A stretch of DNA of 64,000 nucleotides from Alphaproteobacteria bacterium. Its GTDB lineage: Bacteria > Pseudomonadota > Alphaproteobacteria > UBA828. The stretch's first letter is position 1. Each line of letters begins with the position of its first letter. The stretch is taken from assembly GCA_965220745.1 (NCBI GenBank), contig CBDCQT010000006.1:32001-96000 (forward strand), given 5' to 3'. The position numbers and the translations under genes are program-made. Positions 55,519 to 64,000 of the stretch are shown here, one piece after another. The notes below the pieces were generated by a model that was not told the DNA's origin, did not search any database, and was given only the letters and a program-made list of their open reading frames with translations.

Positions 55519-56895
55519 CGCAGGGCCCGCTTGCGCACCGTGTCGATCTATGTGGCGGTCATGCTGGGCGCAGCGCTCTTCAGCAGCGTTTGGCTAGCCA
55601 GCATTCGCCAGATGGCAGGGCTGTTCGGCGATCGAACCCCCGACGAGATCGAGCGCATTCAGGCCCACATTAACGGTCTCTTCTATGCGATTGTCGCCAC
55701 CGCTGCCTTGGTCCTGCTGCTGCGATTTCTTCGCAAGCTGCTGGAAGTCTTCGTCGAGCGCGCGAAGAGCTGGGCCCACGGGGGCCAACCCGTCCGCTTT
55801 CGCGGGCTGGACTTGATCAGCCGTGACCGCATCCGCGACTCGGTCTTGCTAGTCGCCCGAGCAGCGAGAGTCCTCTTGGCGCTCTTGCTGCTCTACATCT
55901 ACGTGCCGCTCGTCTTGAGTTTTTTCCCCGTCACGGCGCCATTCGGCGACCAACTGTTGCACTACGTCTTGCGGCCGGCCACCGAAATCGCTAGGGCCGC
56001 AATCGGCTACCTGCCCAAGCTGTTCTACCTCGTTGTATTGGTGCTTGTCGCACGGTATTCCCTCAAAGCGTTGCGGTTCCTGCTGAACGCAGTCGGCAGG
56101 GGCGATCTAGTGGTCGGCGGCTTCGACCAGGAATGGGCCGATCCAACCTACAAGCTGATCCGGATCCTGATGGTAGTGTTCACCCTGATGATCGGATACC
56201 CCTACCTTCCGGGTGCGGAATCCGAGTTCTTCAAGGGATTCTCGCTGTTTGTCGGCGCTCTCGTCACACTCGGCTCCACGGCTGCAATCGGAAACATGGT
56301 TTCCGGGGTGATTCTCACCTATACGCGGGCCTTTCGCATCGGGGACCGGGTGCGCATCGGGGACGCCGAAGGTGACGTCTTGGCGAAGTCGCTCTTCGTG
56401 ACCCGGCTGCGAACCATCAAGAACGAGGAAATCACCGTTCCGAACGGCTTGGTTCTGGGCGGAATGGTGGTCAACTACAGCAATGCTGCGAAACGAAGCG
56501 AACTCGTCCTCACGACCGAGGTAGGCATTGGCTACGGTGTCCATTGGCGCCAAGTCGAGGAATTGCTCAAGGCGGCTGCAGCGAAGACTCCCGGAATCCT
56601 CTCCGATCCCGAACCCTTCGTCTGGCCAAACGCCCTCGGGGATTTCGCGGTGACGTATGAACTCCACGCGTACACTGATCGTGCCGAGCAGATGGGCGGC
56701 ACCTACGCCGCGCTGCGCCGCAACACGCTTGATGCGCTGCATGACGCCGGCGTGGAGATCATGACGCCCGACGTCCAGGCGCTTCGGGACGCGAGCCGAT
56801 CCGCGGTTCCCACCGAAAACACTCCCGGCGGCATTGATGCCGGTCGCAGCATTCGAGTCGATGTCTCGGGCCGAACGCGTTCCGAAGACAACTGA
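55519..56895 (+). CDS. MscS-family mechanosensitive channel, 3' exon (458 aa)
   Basis: Several TM helices, then GSTAAIGNMVSGVILTYTRAFRIGDRVRIG, ITVPNG, VGIGY, LDALHDAGVEIMTP. Confidence 0.92.
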   Translation, partial: RRARLRTVSIYVAVMLGAALFSSVWLASIRQMAGLFGDRTPDEIERIQAHINGLFYAIVATAALVLLLRFLRKLLEVFVERAKSWAHGGQPVRFRGLDLISRDRIRDSVLLVARAARVLLALLLLYIYVPLVLSFFPVTAPFGDQLLHYVLRPATEIARAAIGYLPKLFYLVVLVLVARYSLKALRFLLNAVGRGDLVVGGFDQEWADPTYKLIRILMVVFTLMIGYPYLPGAESEFFKGFSLFVGALVTLGSTAAIGNMVSGVILTYTRAFRIGDRVRIGDAEGDVLAKSLFVTRLRTIKNEEITVPNGLVLGGMVVNYSNAAKRSELVLTTEVGIGYGVHWRQVEELLKAAAAKTPGILSDPEPFVWPNALGDFAVTYELHAYTDRAEQMGGTYAALRRNTLDALHDAGVEIMTPDVQALRDASRSAVPTENTPGGIDAGRSIRVDVSGRTRSEDN

Positions 56896-57477
56896 GCGGT
56901 AGTCAGCGTTCCCGATCGGCCGCCGGACCACCGGGCATCAAGCCACGGTTGATTGGTTTGGGGTTATCCAGAAAGCTTGTCAAAACCACGGCAACCGCCT
57001 GTTTCCTCGGCCCGCGATTCGGTATGCTCTCGCTGGCCGCTTCCTCCCGAAGAACACTCGTTGTTCCTCGGCAGTCAGACGGGTGAACCGCCGCCTAAGC
57101 CGGAGGCTGCTTCGGTCGCCTGTCACTTCCCGTTTCGCGGCAATTGCGCCAGACCGCCGGTCGGGAAGTGACAGGCGGCAGGCGCGTCGAGCCGCCCCCG
57201 AGCCCTCGCCGGCGCAACCACGCCCGCGGCGCCGGCAGCGGCGTTCGCGGGGGGTCTGCGCGGGCAACAAGGAGGCACACCCCTCCGTGCCATCGGCAGT
57301 TGGTGAGGCGGGCGCGACGGTGCGCACTCGCAACTCGGTCCAGACCGCGCTAAGCCGAAATCTCCGTGGGCACATACGCGGGCGTATTTCGCGCTTGCCC
57401 TCGGCGCTCGCGATAATGGGCTCGGTCGCTGCGGCCCAATCCGGTCGTGGTTTCTGGCGGACAGATCAAGATCATCG

Positions 57478-60400
57478 ATGGCAATCCAGCGCTGGCGTGA
57501 TGGGGAGGGTGTAGGGAAGCGTCTGGCGGCGCATGGCCTTCCCGGCCTTCTGTCAATTGACGTCGAGGGCACAGAGAACATCGGCGCGGTCGGAGCGATA
57601 CGCACGGACCGCTCGACCGTCTTCACCTGGCGCGGCCGCAACGGCCGATTGCGCACGGCCCTCGCAGCCCTCGATGAATTCGCCGCAGGTGCCTCGTATC
57701 TGGTCGGCCACAACATCATCGAGCATGACCTCGAACTCCTCGCCCGCCACGCGCCGAATCTGAAGCTGCTCGACCTGCCCGCCATCGACACGCTGTACCT
57801 GAGCCCGCTGGCGTTTCCGGAAAACCCCTACCATCGCCTCGTCAAGCAGTATCAGGAACCGGCGCTCGCGAGAGTGCAGGTCAACGATCCTCTGCTGGAC
57901 TCGGAGCTGACGCTCGAGCTCCTCGCCGATGTCGCCGATGCACTGCGATCAAAGGACGCGGACCTGCTGCTGGCTTGGCACGCGCTGCTCGCCACGGGCG
58001 TCAAGGGGCACGCCTTCGACCATCTCTTTCGCACGATCCGGGGCACCGAATTGACGCCGCTTGTCGAGGACTCGATTCCCGCGATCGCGAAGCGCCTCGG
58101 GGCGCGCGGGTGTCCGAACCAAGCGGCCCGCCTCGCCCGCGACGCGCTCTCTCACCCCCTCGCGCTCGCCTATGTGCTGGCGTGGCTGCCGGCGGCCGGA
58201 GGCAATTCCATCATCCCTCCCTACGTCGAGCACCGGTTCGCACCCGGGGCGCTCGCAACGAAGCTCCGCGACGCCCATTGCAGCAACCGCAACTGCTCAT
58301 GGTGCTCGGAGCATCTCGACGCTGAAACAGCACTCAAGCACTGGTTCGGTTTCTCGGGCTTCCGGGAGCAGCCCCGCAGTCAGGACGGCAAGAGCCTTCA
58401 GCGCTCAATCGTCGAGAAACACCTTGCCCGCGAGCACGTCCTCGGGATCCTTCCCACCGGGACCGGCAAGTCCCTGTGCTATCAGCTCCCGGCGTTGATG
58501 CGCTACGAGGCGACAGCGGCGATCACCGTCGTCATTTCGCCGTTGGTTGCGCTGATGGCCGATCAGGTCGCGGCCATGCGGCGCCAGCGCATCACTTGCG
58601 CCACCACCATCAACGGCCTCATCTCGATGCCGGAACGGGCCGAAGCGCTTGCCCACATCCGACTCGGCGACGCAGGGATCGTGCTGGTCGCTCCCGAGCA
58701 GCTCCGCAACCGTTCGTTCCGAAGGGCGATCGCGGGACGCCGGATCGGCGCCTGGGTCGTGGACGAGGCGCACTGCCTTTCGAAGTGGGGCCACGACTTC
58801 CGTCCCGACTACCGCTACGTCGCGCGCTACATCGCCGAGCATCACGGGGCGGACTCCGCGCCGATCCTGTGCCTCACCGCGACCGCAAAGCACGATGTCA
58901 TCGAAGACATCCGCCAGCACTTCGAGCAGACCCTTCAGGCGCAGCTCGAGGTCATCGACGGCGGGGCGGAACGCCGGAACCTGGAGTTCGTCGTCATGCC
59001 GACTTCGGCATCGCAGCGGATCGAGCACATCCATGGTGCGGTCGAGGACGCGCTCGGGCGCGCGGGCTCGGGCGGGGCCATCGTCTACTGCACGACCAAG
59101 CGAAGCACCGAGGAGACCGCCCAGGCGCTCGCCGACCGGGGGCTCTCCGCCCAGCACTTTCACTCCGGCCTATCGCCGGAGCGTAAACGCGAGATACAGC
59201 GTGGCTTCCACGACGGCGAGATTGACGTTGTGGTCGCCACGAACGCGTTCGGGATGGGCATCGACAAGTCCGACGTTCGCGGGGTCGTGCATTCCGAGAT
59301 TCCGGGCTCTCTGGAGAGCTATCTTCAGGAAGCCGGGCGGGCGGGGAGAGACGGAGCCCCCGCGCATTGCCTGCTGCTGTTCGAGCCCGGAGACGCCGAG
59401 CAGCAATTCTCGCTCACCGCGCGTTCGCGCCTTGAGCGGCGCGACATCCAAGCGGTGCTGCGTGCGATTCGCCGCCTGGACTCGCGCCGCCGGCGCCACC
59501 ACGCCGACAGCGGGGATTCCGTCATCGCGACCGCGGGAGAGATTCTTCTCGAAGACGATGACGGTGAGTTCGCGCGCGACAGCGCGACCGACGACGACCG
59601 GGTGCGCACCGCGATCGCGTGGCTGGAGGAATCGAAGCTCGCGCGGCGCGACGAAAACCACACGTCCGTCTTCCCCTCGTCGCTGCGCGTCTCGAATTTG
59701 GCCGCCGCACGAGAACGCATCGAGAGGGAGGGCCGCAGACGGAACATTCGAAGCGCCACGCGCACGCAGATGCTGCGCGTCGTGCAAACCCTGACGCATG
59801 CGGAACCGGACATCGGTGTCTCCACCGACGAGCTGATGAACGAGTGCGGTTGCTCGATGGGACAGCTCCGAAGGGTGTTCAGCACGCTACAGGAGATCGG
59901 GGTTGCGTCGAACGACATGCGCATCACCGTCTATGTCCACGCCGGCGTCGAGAACGCCTCGCCCCGGCGCCTGACGTTGGCCCGTGAGCTGGAGCAGGCC
60001 CTCATCGCGGAGCTACGCGAGGAGGCGCCCGACCAAGACATCGACACCTGGACGCGCCTTGCGCTTCGCCCTCTCGCCCAGCGCCTTCGCGAGAAGGACA
60101 TCGAGAACCCGCTGCCCGAACGGCTGGTACGGCTCCTTCGCAGCATTTCCGGGGACGGCCGCGACGAGCCCGATGCCAAGCGCAGCATCGAGATCCGCGC
60201 CCGCGACATGGAGACCATCGGAGTGCGGCTGCGCCGGAACTGGGCCTCCATCGATCGCATCGCGCGGCTTCGCCGCGACGGCGCGGCCCGGCTGCTCGAA
60301 CATCTCCTCGGCAAGGTGCCTGACGGTGTCCGCGGGGTCGATTTGCTGGTGGAAACGACCTACGGGGCGCTGGAGCGGGCCATCAAGGACGACCTGGTAC

Positions 60401-62739
60401 TGAAGTCGGAGTTGAAGGACCAGGCGACCCAGCCGCTCGTCGACCGTGCGCTGCTCTGGATGCACGAGCAGGAGGTCGTCACTCTCAACCGCGGCCTCAC
60501 CGTGTTTCGTCCGGCGATGACGTTGAAGGTCACGCGAGACGGAAAGACCTTCACGGTCGCGGACTTCAAGCCGCTGAAAGAGCACTACGCCGAGCAGACC
60601 GCACAGATCCACGTCGTCGCCGAGTACGCGAAGCTTGGCGTGGACGACATCCAGCTGGCGCTGCGCCTCGCGGCGGACTACTTCAAGCTCGAAAGCCAAG
60701 AGTTCGTCCACAAGTGGTTCAAGGGCAAGGAGACGACGCTCGGGCGCGACACCCTCCCCGAGCACTATGAGGCGATTGTCAGGAAGCTCGGCAACCGGAC
60801 CCAGGAGCGAATCGTCGCCGACGACCGGGAGCGCACCAACGTGCTGGTGCTCGCGGGCCCGGGCTCAGGCAAGACACGGGTCCTGGTACACCGCATCGCC
60901 TACCTCATCCGCGTGCGGCGCGAGAACCCGGGAAGCATCCTGGCGCTCACCTACAACCGCCACGCGGCGGTCGAGGCGCGGCGGCGTCTCGACGAGTTGG
61001 TCGGGAAGGACGCGCGCGGCCTAAACGTGATGACCTGCCATGCGCTCGCGATGCGGATTCTCGGGATCTCTTTCGCGCAGGCCGCCGCGAATCCGAGCGA
61101 CGAAACGTTCAACCTCATTCTTCGCGACGCCGCCCGGCTCCTGAAGAAGAGCGACGAGGCGAACGCCTTCGTCACCCGGGAGCAGATGCTCGGGCGCCTC
61201 AACTGGATTCTGGTCGACGAGTATCAGGACATCGGCGAGCCCGAGTACGAGCTGATCGCCGCGCTCGCCGGGAAGACCCTCGCCGAGGACGACGCGAGGC
61301 TGAACCTGTTCGCGGTGGGAGACGACGACCAGAACATCTACGCGTGGAAGGGCGCGTCAGTGCGCTTCATCCGCCGCTTCGCCCGCGAATACCACGCGAA
61401 GGAGGAGTATCTCGTCGAGAACTACCGCTCGAGCCGCTGCATTATCGACGCGGCGAGCCAGTGCATCGATGGCGCGGCCGGGCGTCTCAAGCGTGACCAC
61501 AGGCTGCGAATCGACGGCCACCGGCACGCCGAACCGCCGGGAGGGGCCTGGACCGCCCGCGACGAGGTCGCGCGAGGCAAGGTCCAGATTCTGCGCCTCG
61601 AGGGCGGCCAACTCTCGCAGGCCGTGGCCGCGGTCGAGGAACTCAAACGTCTCGCCGCACTCGACCCGGACTGGCAGTGGCGGCGGTGCGCCATCGTAGC
61701 CAGGAACTGGGCCGACCTCGATCCGGCAAGAAGCGCCTGCATGGTCCACGGCATACCGGTGCAGAGCGCGCGCGAGGAGCTTTCCTCGTTCTGGCGCGCT
61801 CGTGAGACGCAGCGGCTTCTACGCACTCTCGACTCGCGCGATTCGACGGCCATCGAAACACAGGAGCTCCGGCGCCATCGCGCGGATGTCGGCGAAGGTC
61901 CGTGGGCCGACCTGCTCGCTCAGGCGCTCGACGAGCTGCTCCTCGAGGAAGGCGAGGCGGCGGTGCTGCCGATCGCATTCGTGCGGAACTGGCTTGGCGA
62001 GTGGAGCAAGGAGATACGGCGCAGGCAGCAGGGGCTGCTCCTGACCAGCGCCCACCGGGCAAAGGGCCTTGAGTTCGATCACGTCGTCATCCTCGACGGA
62101 CGATGGAACGCTACGAGCGATTCGGACGACCCCGATACCGCACGCCGTCTGTACTACGTGTCGATGACCCGCGCCCGCGAGACCCTGGCACTGGTGCGGC
62201 TCGACGATGCCGGGCGCCCGGATGTCCGGGACACGCCGCTTCGGGCAAAGCCGCAGGAACGCGCCTCGTCACTGCTTCAGCCGCTCGGGAACGACCCCTC
62301 GGTGCTGGAGCGCGAGGTTCCGCGTCCGGACATCTCCGACGCACGGTTGGACATCCGGATCGCCGAATGCACCATGAAGGACGTCGTACTGTCTTTCGCT
62401 GGTTGGAGGGCGGCGCATAGCAGGACGCACCGCGCCATCGCCGCACTTGCGCCAGGGGACCCGTTGTCCATGTCGCATGAGCAGGGCCAGTGGAAGATCC
62501 TCGACCGCGAGGGACGCCAAGTCGGCCGCATGGCGAAGAGTTGGACCCTTCCGCACGGCATGGCCATTGTCCGCGCGTCGGTGCAGGGAATCTTCACCCG
62601 CTGGGCCGACGACGGGGAAGACGAAGAACGCAAAGGGACTCTACGCTCGGAGACTTGGGAGGTGGTCGTGCCTCAATTCTTGCTGTCGCGCGAGCTATCT
62701 CCGACGATGGACAAACCCCGCAGCGGCCCTGCCGGTTGA
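57478..62739 (+). CDS. Exonuclease-like / RecQ (SF2) / UvrD (SF1) fusion helicase
   Basis: N-terminal SIDVE..VGHNIIEHD..IDTL; RecQ motifs PTGTGKSLCYQLPA, DEAHC, WGHDFRPDY, ATNAFGMGIDK, QEAGRAGRDG; UvrD motifs AGPGSGKT, VDEYQD, VGDDDQNIY, ENYRS, HRAKGLEFD, YYVSMTRAR. Confidence 0.93.
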   Translation: MAIQRWRDGEGVGKRLAAHGLPGLLSIDVEGTENIGAVGAIRTDRSTVFTWRGRNGRLRTALAALDEFAAGASYLVGHNIIEHDLELLARHAPNLKLLDLPAIDTLYLSPLAFPENPYHRLVKQYQEPALARVQVNDPLLDSELTLELLADVADALRSKDADLLLAWHALLATGVKGHAFDHLFRTIRGTELTPLVEDSIPAIAKRLGARGCPNQAARLARDALSHPLALAYVLAWLPAAGGNSIIPPYVEHRFAPGALATKLRDAHCSNRNCSWCSEHLDAETALKHWFGFSGFREQPRSQDGKSLQRSIVEKHLAREHVLGILPTGTGKSLCYQLPALMRYEATAAITVVISPLVALMADQVAAMRRQRITCATTINGLISMPERAEALAHIRLGDAGIVLVAPEQLRNRSFRRAIAGRRIGAWVVDEAHCLSKWGHDFRPDYRYVARYIAEHHGADSAPILCLTATAKHDVIEDIRQHFEQTLQAQLEVIDGGAERRNLEFVVMPTSASQRIEHIHGAVEDALGRAGSGGAIVYCTTKRSTEETAQALADRGLSAQHFHSGLSPERKREIQRGFHDGEIDVVVATNAFGMGIDKSDVRGVVHSEIPGSLESYLQEAGRAGRDGAPAHCLLLFEPGDAEQQFSLTARSRLERRDIQAVLRAIRRLDSRRRRHHADSGDSVIATAGEILLEDDDGEFARDSATDDDRVRTAIAWLEESKLARRDENHTSVFPSSLRVSNLAAARERIEREGRRRNIRSATRTQMLRVVQTLTHAEPDIGVSTDELMNECGCSMGQLRRVFSTLQEIGVASNDMRITVYVHAGVENASPRRLTLARELEQALIAELREEAPDQDIDTWTRLALRPLAQRLREKDIENPLPERLVRLLRSISGDGRDEPDAKRSIEIRARDMETIGVRLRRNWASIDRIARLRRDGAARLLEHLLGKVPDGVRGVDLLVETTYGALERAIKDDLVLKSELKDQATQPLVDRALLWMHEQEVVTLNRGLTVFRPAMTLKVTRDGKTFTVADFKPLKEHYAEQTAQIHVVAEYAKLGVDDIQLALRLAADYFKLESQEFVHKWFKGKETTLGRDTLPEHYEAIVRKLGNRTQERIVADDRERTNVLVLAGPGSGKTRVLVHRIAYLIRVRRENPGSILALTYNRHAAVEARRRLDELVGKDARGLNVMTCHALAMRILGISFAQAAANPSDETFNLILRDAARLLKKSDEANAFVTREQMLGRLNWILVDEYQDIGEPEYELIAALAGKTLAEDDARLNLFAVGDDDQNIYAWKGASVRFIRRFAREYHAKEEYLVENYRSSRCIIDAASQCIDGAAGRLKRDHRLRIDGHRHAEPPGGAWTARDEVARGKVQILRLEGGQLSQAVAAVEELKRLAALDPDWQWRRCAIVARNWADLDPARSACMVHGIPVQSAREELSSFWRARETQRLLRTLDSRDSTAIETQELRRHRADVGEGPWADLLAQALDELLLEEGEAAVLPIAFVRNWLGEWSKEIRRRQQGLLLTSAHRAKGLEFDHVVILDGRWNATSDSDDPDTARRLYYVSMTRARETLALVRLDDAGRPDVRDTPLRAKPQERASSLLQPLGNDPSVLEREVPRPDISDARLDIRIAECTMKDVVLSFAGWRAAHSRTHRAIAALAPGDPLSMSHEQGQWKILDREGRQVGRMAKSWTLPHGMAIVRASVQGIFTRWADDGEDEERKGTLRSETWEVVVPQFLLSRELSPTMDKPRSGPAG

Positions 62740-63200
62740 GCGCGTCTGTCTGTGCGGGATTTCCGCAAGCCGAGCCCACCCGGCTCTCCCCGCCGTGCCG
62801 CCTACCGGCCAGCCCGCCGCCCGTGCCCCGCCTTCCGTGCAGAACCAGCGCTCGCCCCCTATCATCTGGCGAGGCCACAAAACGACCTCCGCCGCCGGCG
62901 TATGCGCACTGGCGTACAGGACCGCCGCCAGCAGGATCAGAACTTGTCGCATGAGTGCCTCCGTGCGTCACGGTACCGGCCCCGTGGAGCCGGGCCGTGG
63001 ATACGCCACGCGAGTTTCTCTGTGTGATGTCCTGCCTGTTCGCCGCGGCCCCGGTAGCTACTCCGTTGCCGAACGCGGCTCTTGTATTCAGCAAGCGACC
63101 CGACACGGGCACTCGCTGGCGTGTCCGCAAGCACAGCAGCACACTTGATCGTGTATGATCAGGACTGGGCGCAACGGGCGAAACACCGAATCGACCGACA

Positions 63201-63223
63201 TTCCCCATCCTATGGATGGGGAA
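63201..63223. repeat. Perfect 10-bp inverted repeat
   Basis: TTCCCCATCC-TAT-GGATGGGGAA. Confidence 0.7.
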
Positions 63224-63284
63224 ATTTCGGGCGTCCGAAGGCGTGAAGAAAGATGCCGGACAGCGCAAAGGGAAGGCGAAAGCG

Positions 63285-63503
63285 ATGAACGGCAAGGGAA
63301 CGATAATCACGATTATCAGCGTAGGTATCGCCCTGAGCGGCCTGATTCTGAACGGACAGCGCACGACCAACAGGGCGATCGAGAACTTGCGCTCTCAGGT
63401 CAATCGGGACTTCGCCGAGGTCCGCACCAATATCACGGACCTCCGCGAGCGTATGGCCCGGCTGGAGGGCCTGTTCGAAGGCCACTTGGAAAGGGACGAC
63501 TGA
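63285..63503 (+). CDS. Small N-terminal TM plus coiled-coil protein (72 aa), paralogue of 50411-50650
   Basis: MNGKGTIITIISVGIALSG...ITDLRERMARLEG. Confidence 0.8.
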   Translation: MNGKGTIITIISVGIALSGLILNGQRTTNRAIENLRSQVNRDFAEVRTNITDLRERMARLEGLFEGHLERDD

Positions 63504-63847
63504 AGGTGCGACCGATGCTAGACCCTGAGAGGGACCTCAAGGGCGCTACGCCTGAGAAGCTGGCCCGCACGCTGTATTGTGGTTGCTAGAGTCGTGATTC
63601 TCGGCTCGCCTACTGTCCGCAGCGCACTGCGAACGAAGCCCTGCGAGTCCGGTTTCTCCGGCTTGCCTCCCACGATCGAACGGTAAGGGGTCGTTTCAAT
63701 GGCCGCCGCCTGCTGAACCAGCCTGTTGCGGGCAGCGGAAACCCTCCGGTCAGCGTTGCTGCGCCAAGTATTTTCGGCAGGCTTGCTCGCTGGCGAACCG
63801 GGTCTCGAATTCCAGCTGATTTCGCGGGTAATCCTCCACCGCCTCAA

Positions 63848-63863
63848 ACACTACATGTAGTAG
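63848..63863. promoter_or_regulatory. Palindromic operator resembling an NrdR box
   Basis: ACACTACATGTAGTAG, with a perfect 12-bp palindrome ACTACATGTAGT. Confidence 0.35.
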
Positions 63864-64000
63864 CTGCCTGACTCAAGTGCATACCCGCATGAGCCCAAGT
63901 CTTGGCGGCAACCGGCACTTTTGGTCGAGCACACCACGAATCGCACCGGCTTGCGTCCGGCTCAGGCGTTATGATGGCGTTGCCTTGCGGGCAGGGAGGG

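Noticed and set aside
56900-57470. Short ORFs and GC-rich hairpins between mscS and the helicase
   Set aside because: No coding motifs and no convincing terminator or structured-RNA signature by eye.

Overview
High-GC bacterial window. Bases 1-48169 are the 3' part of one uninterrupted giant cis-AT type I PKS ORF (>16,000 aa, open at the left edge). Its architecture is [..KR-ACP]0, five near-identical [KS-AT-DH-cMT-KR-ACP] modules (1-5), [KS-AT-DH-cMT-ER-KR-ACP]6, [KS-AT-DH0-KR-ACP]7 and a terminal non-elongating KS0-AT0, with no TE. An alpha/beta-hydrolase gene follows. The design looks like a multimodular expansion of the sponge-symbiont SupA-type PKS, but the ER has been lost from most modules, which predicts a methyl-branched polyene rather than a saturated fatty acid. 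The strongest new signal is a module-by-module co-varying code: the KR catalytic residue (His vs Tyr) tracks the state of the cMT in the same module and several residues of the downstream KS. The remaining 14 kb is accessory DNA: an IS1634-like remnant, a 5'-truncated tRNA-like sequence, four small genes in tandem (Cas2-like-fold candidate, TM/coiled-coil, Zn-knuckle/glycine-zipper), an IS66 remnant, an MscS gene split in phase 0 by an apparently intact group II intron with matching EBS/IBS, and an exonuclease-RecQ-UvrD fusion helicase. All calls come from reading motifs by eye; no database searches were run, and domain boundaries are approximate.
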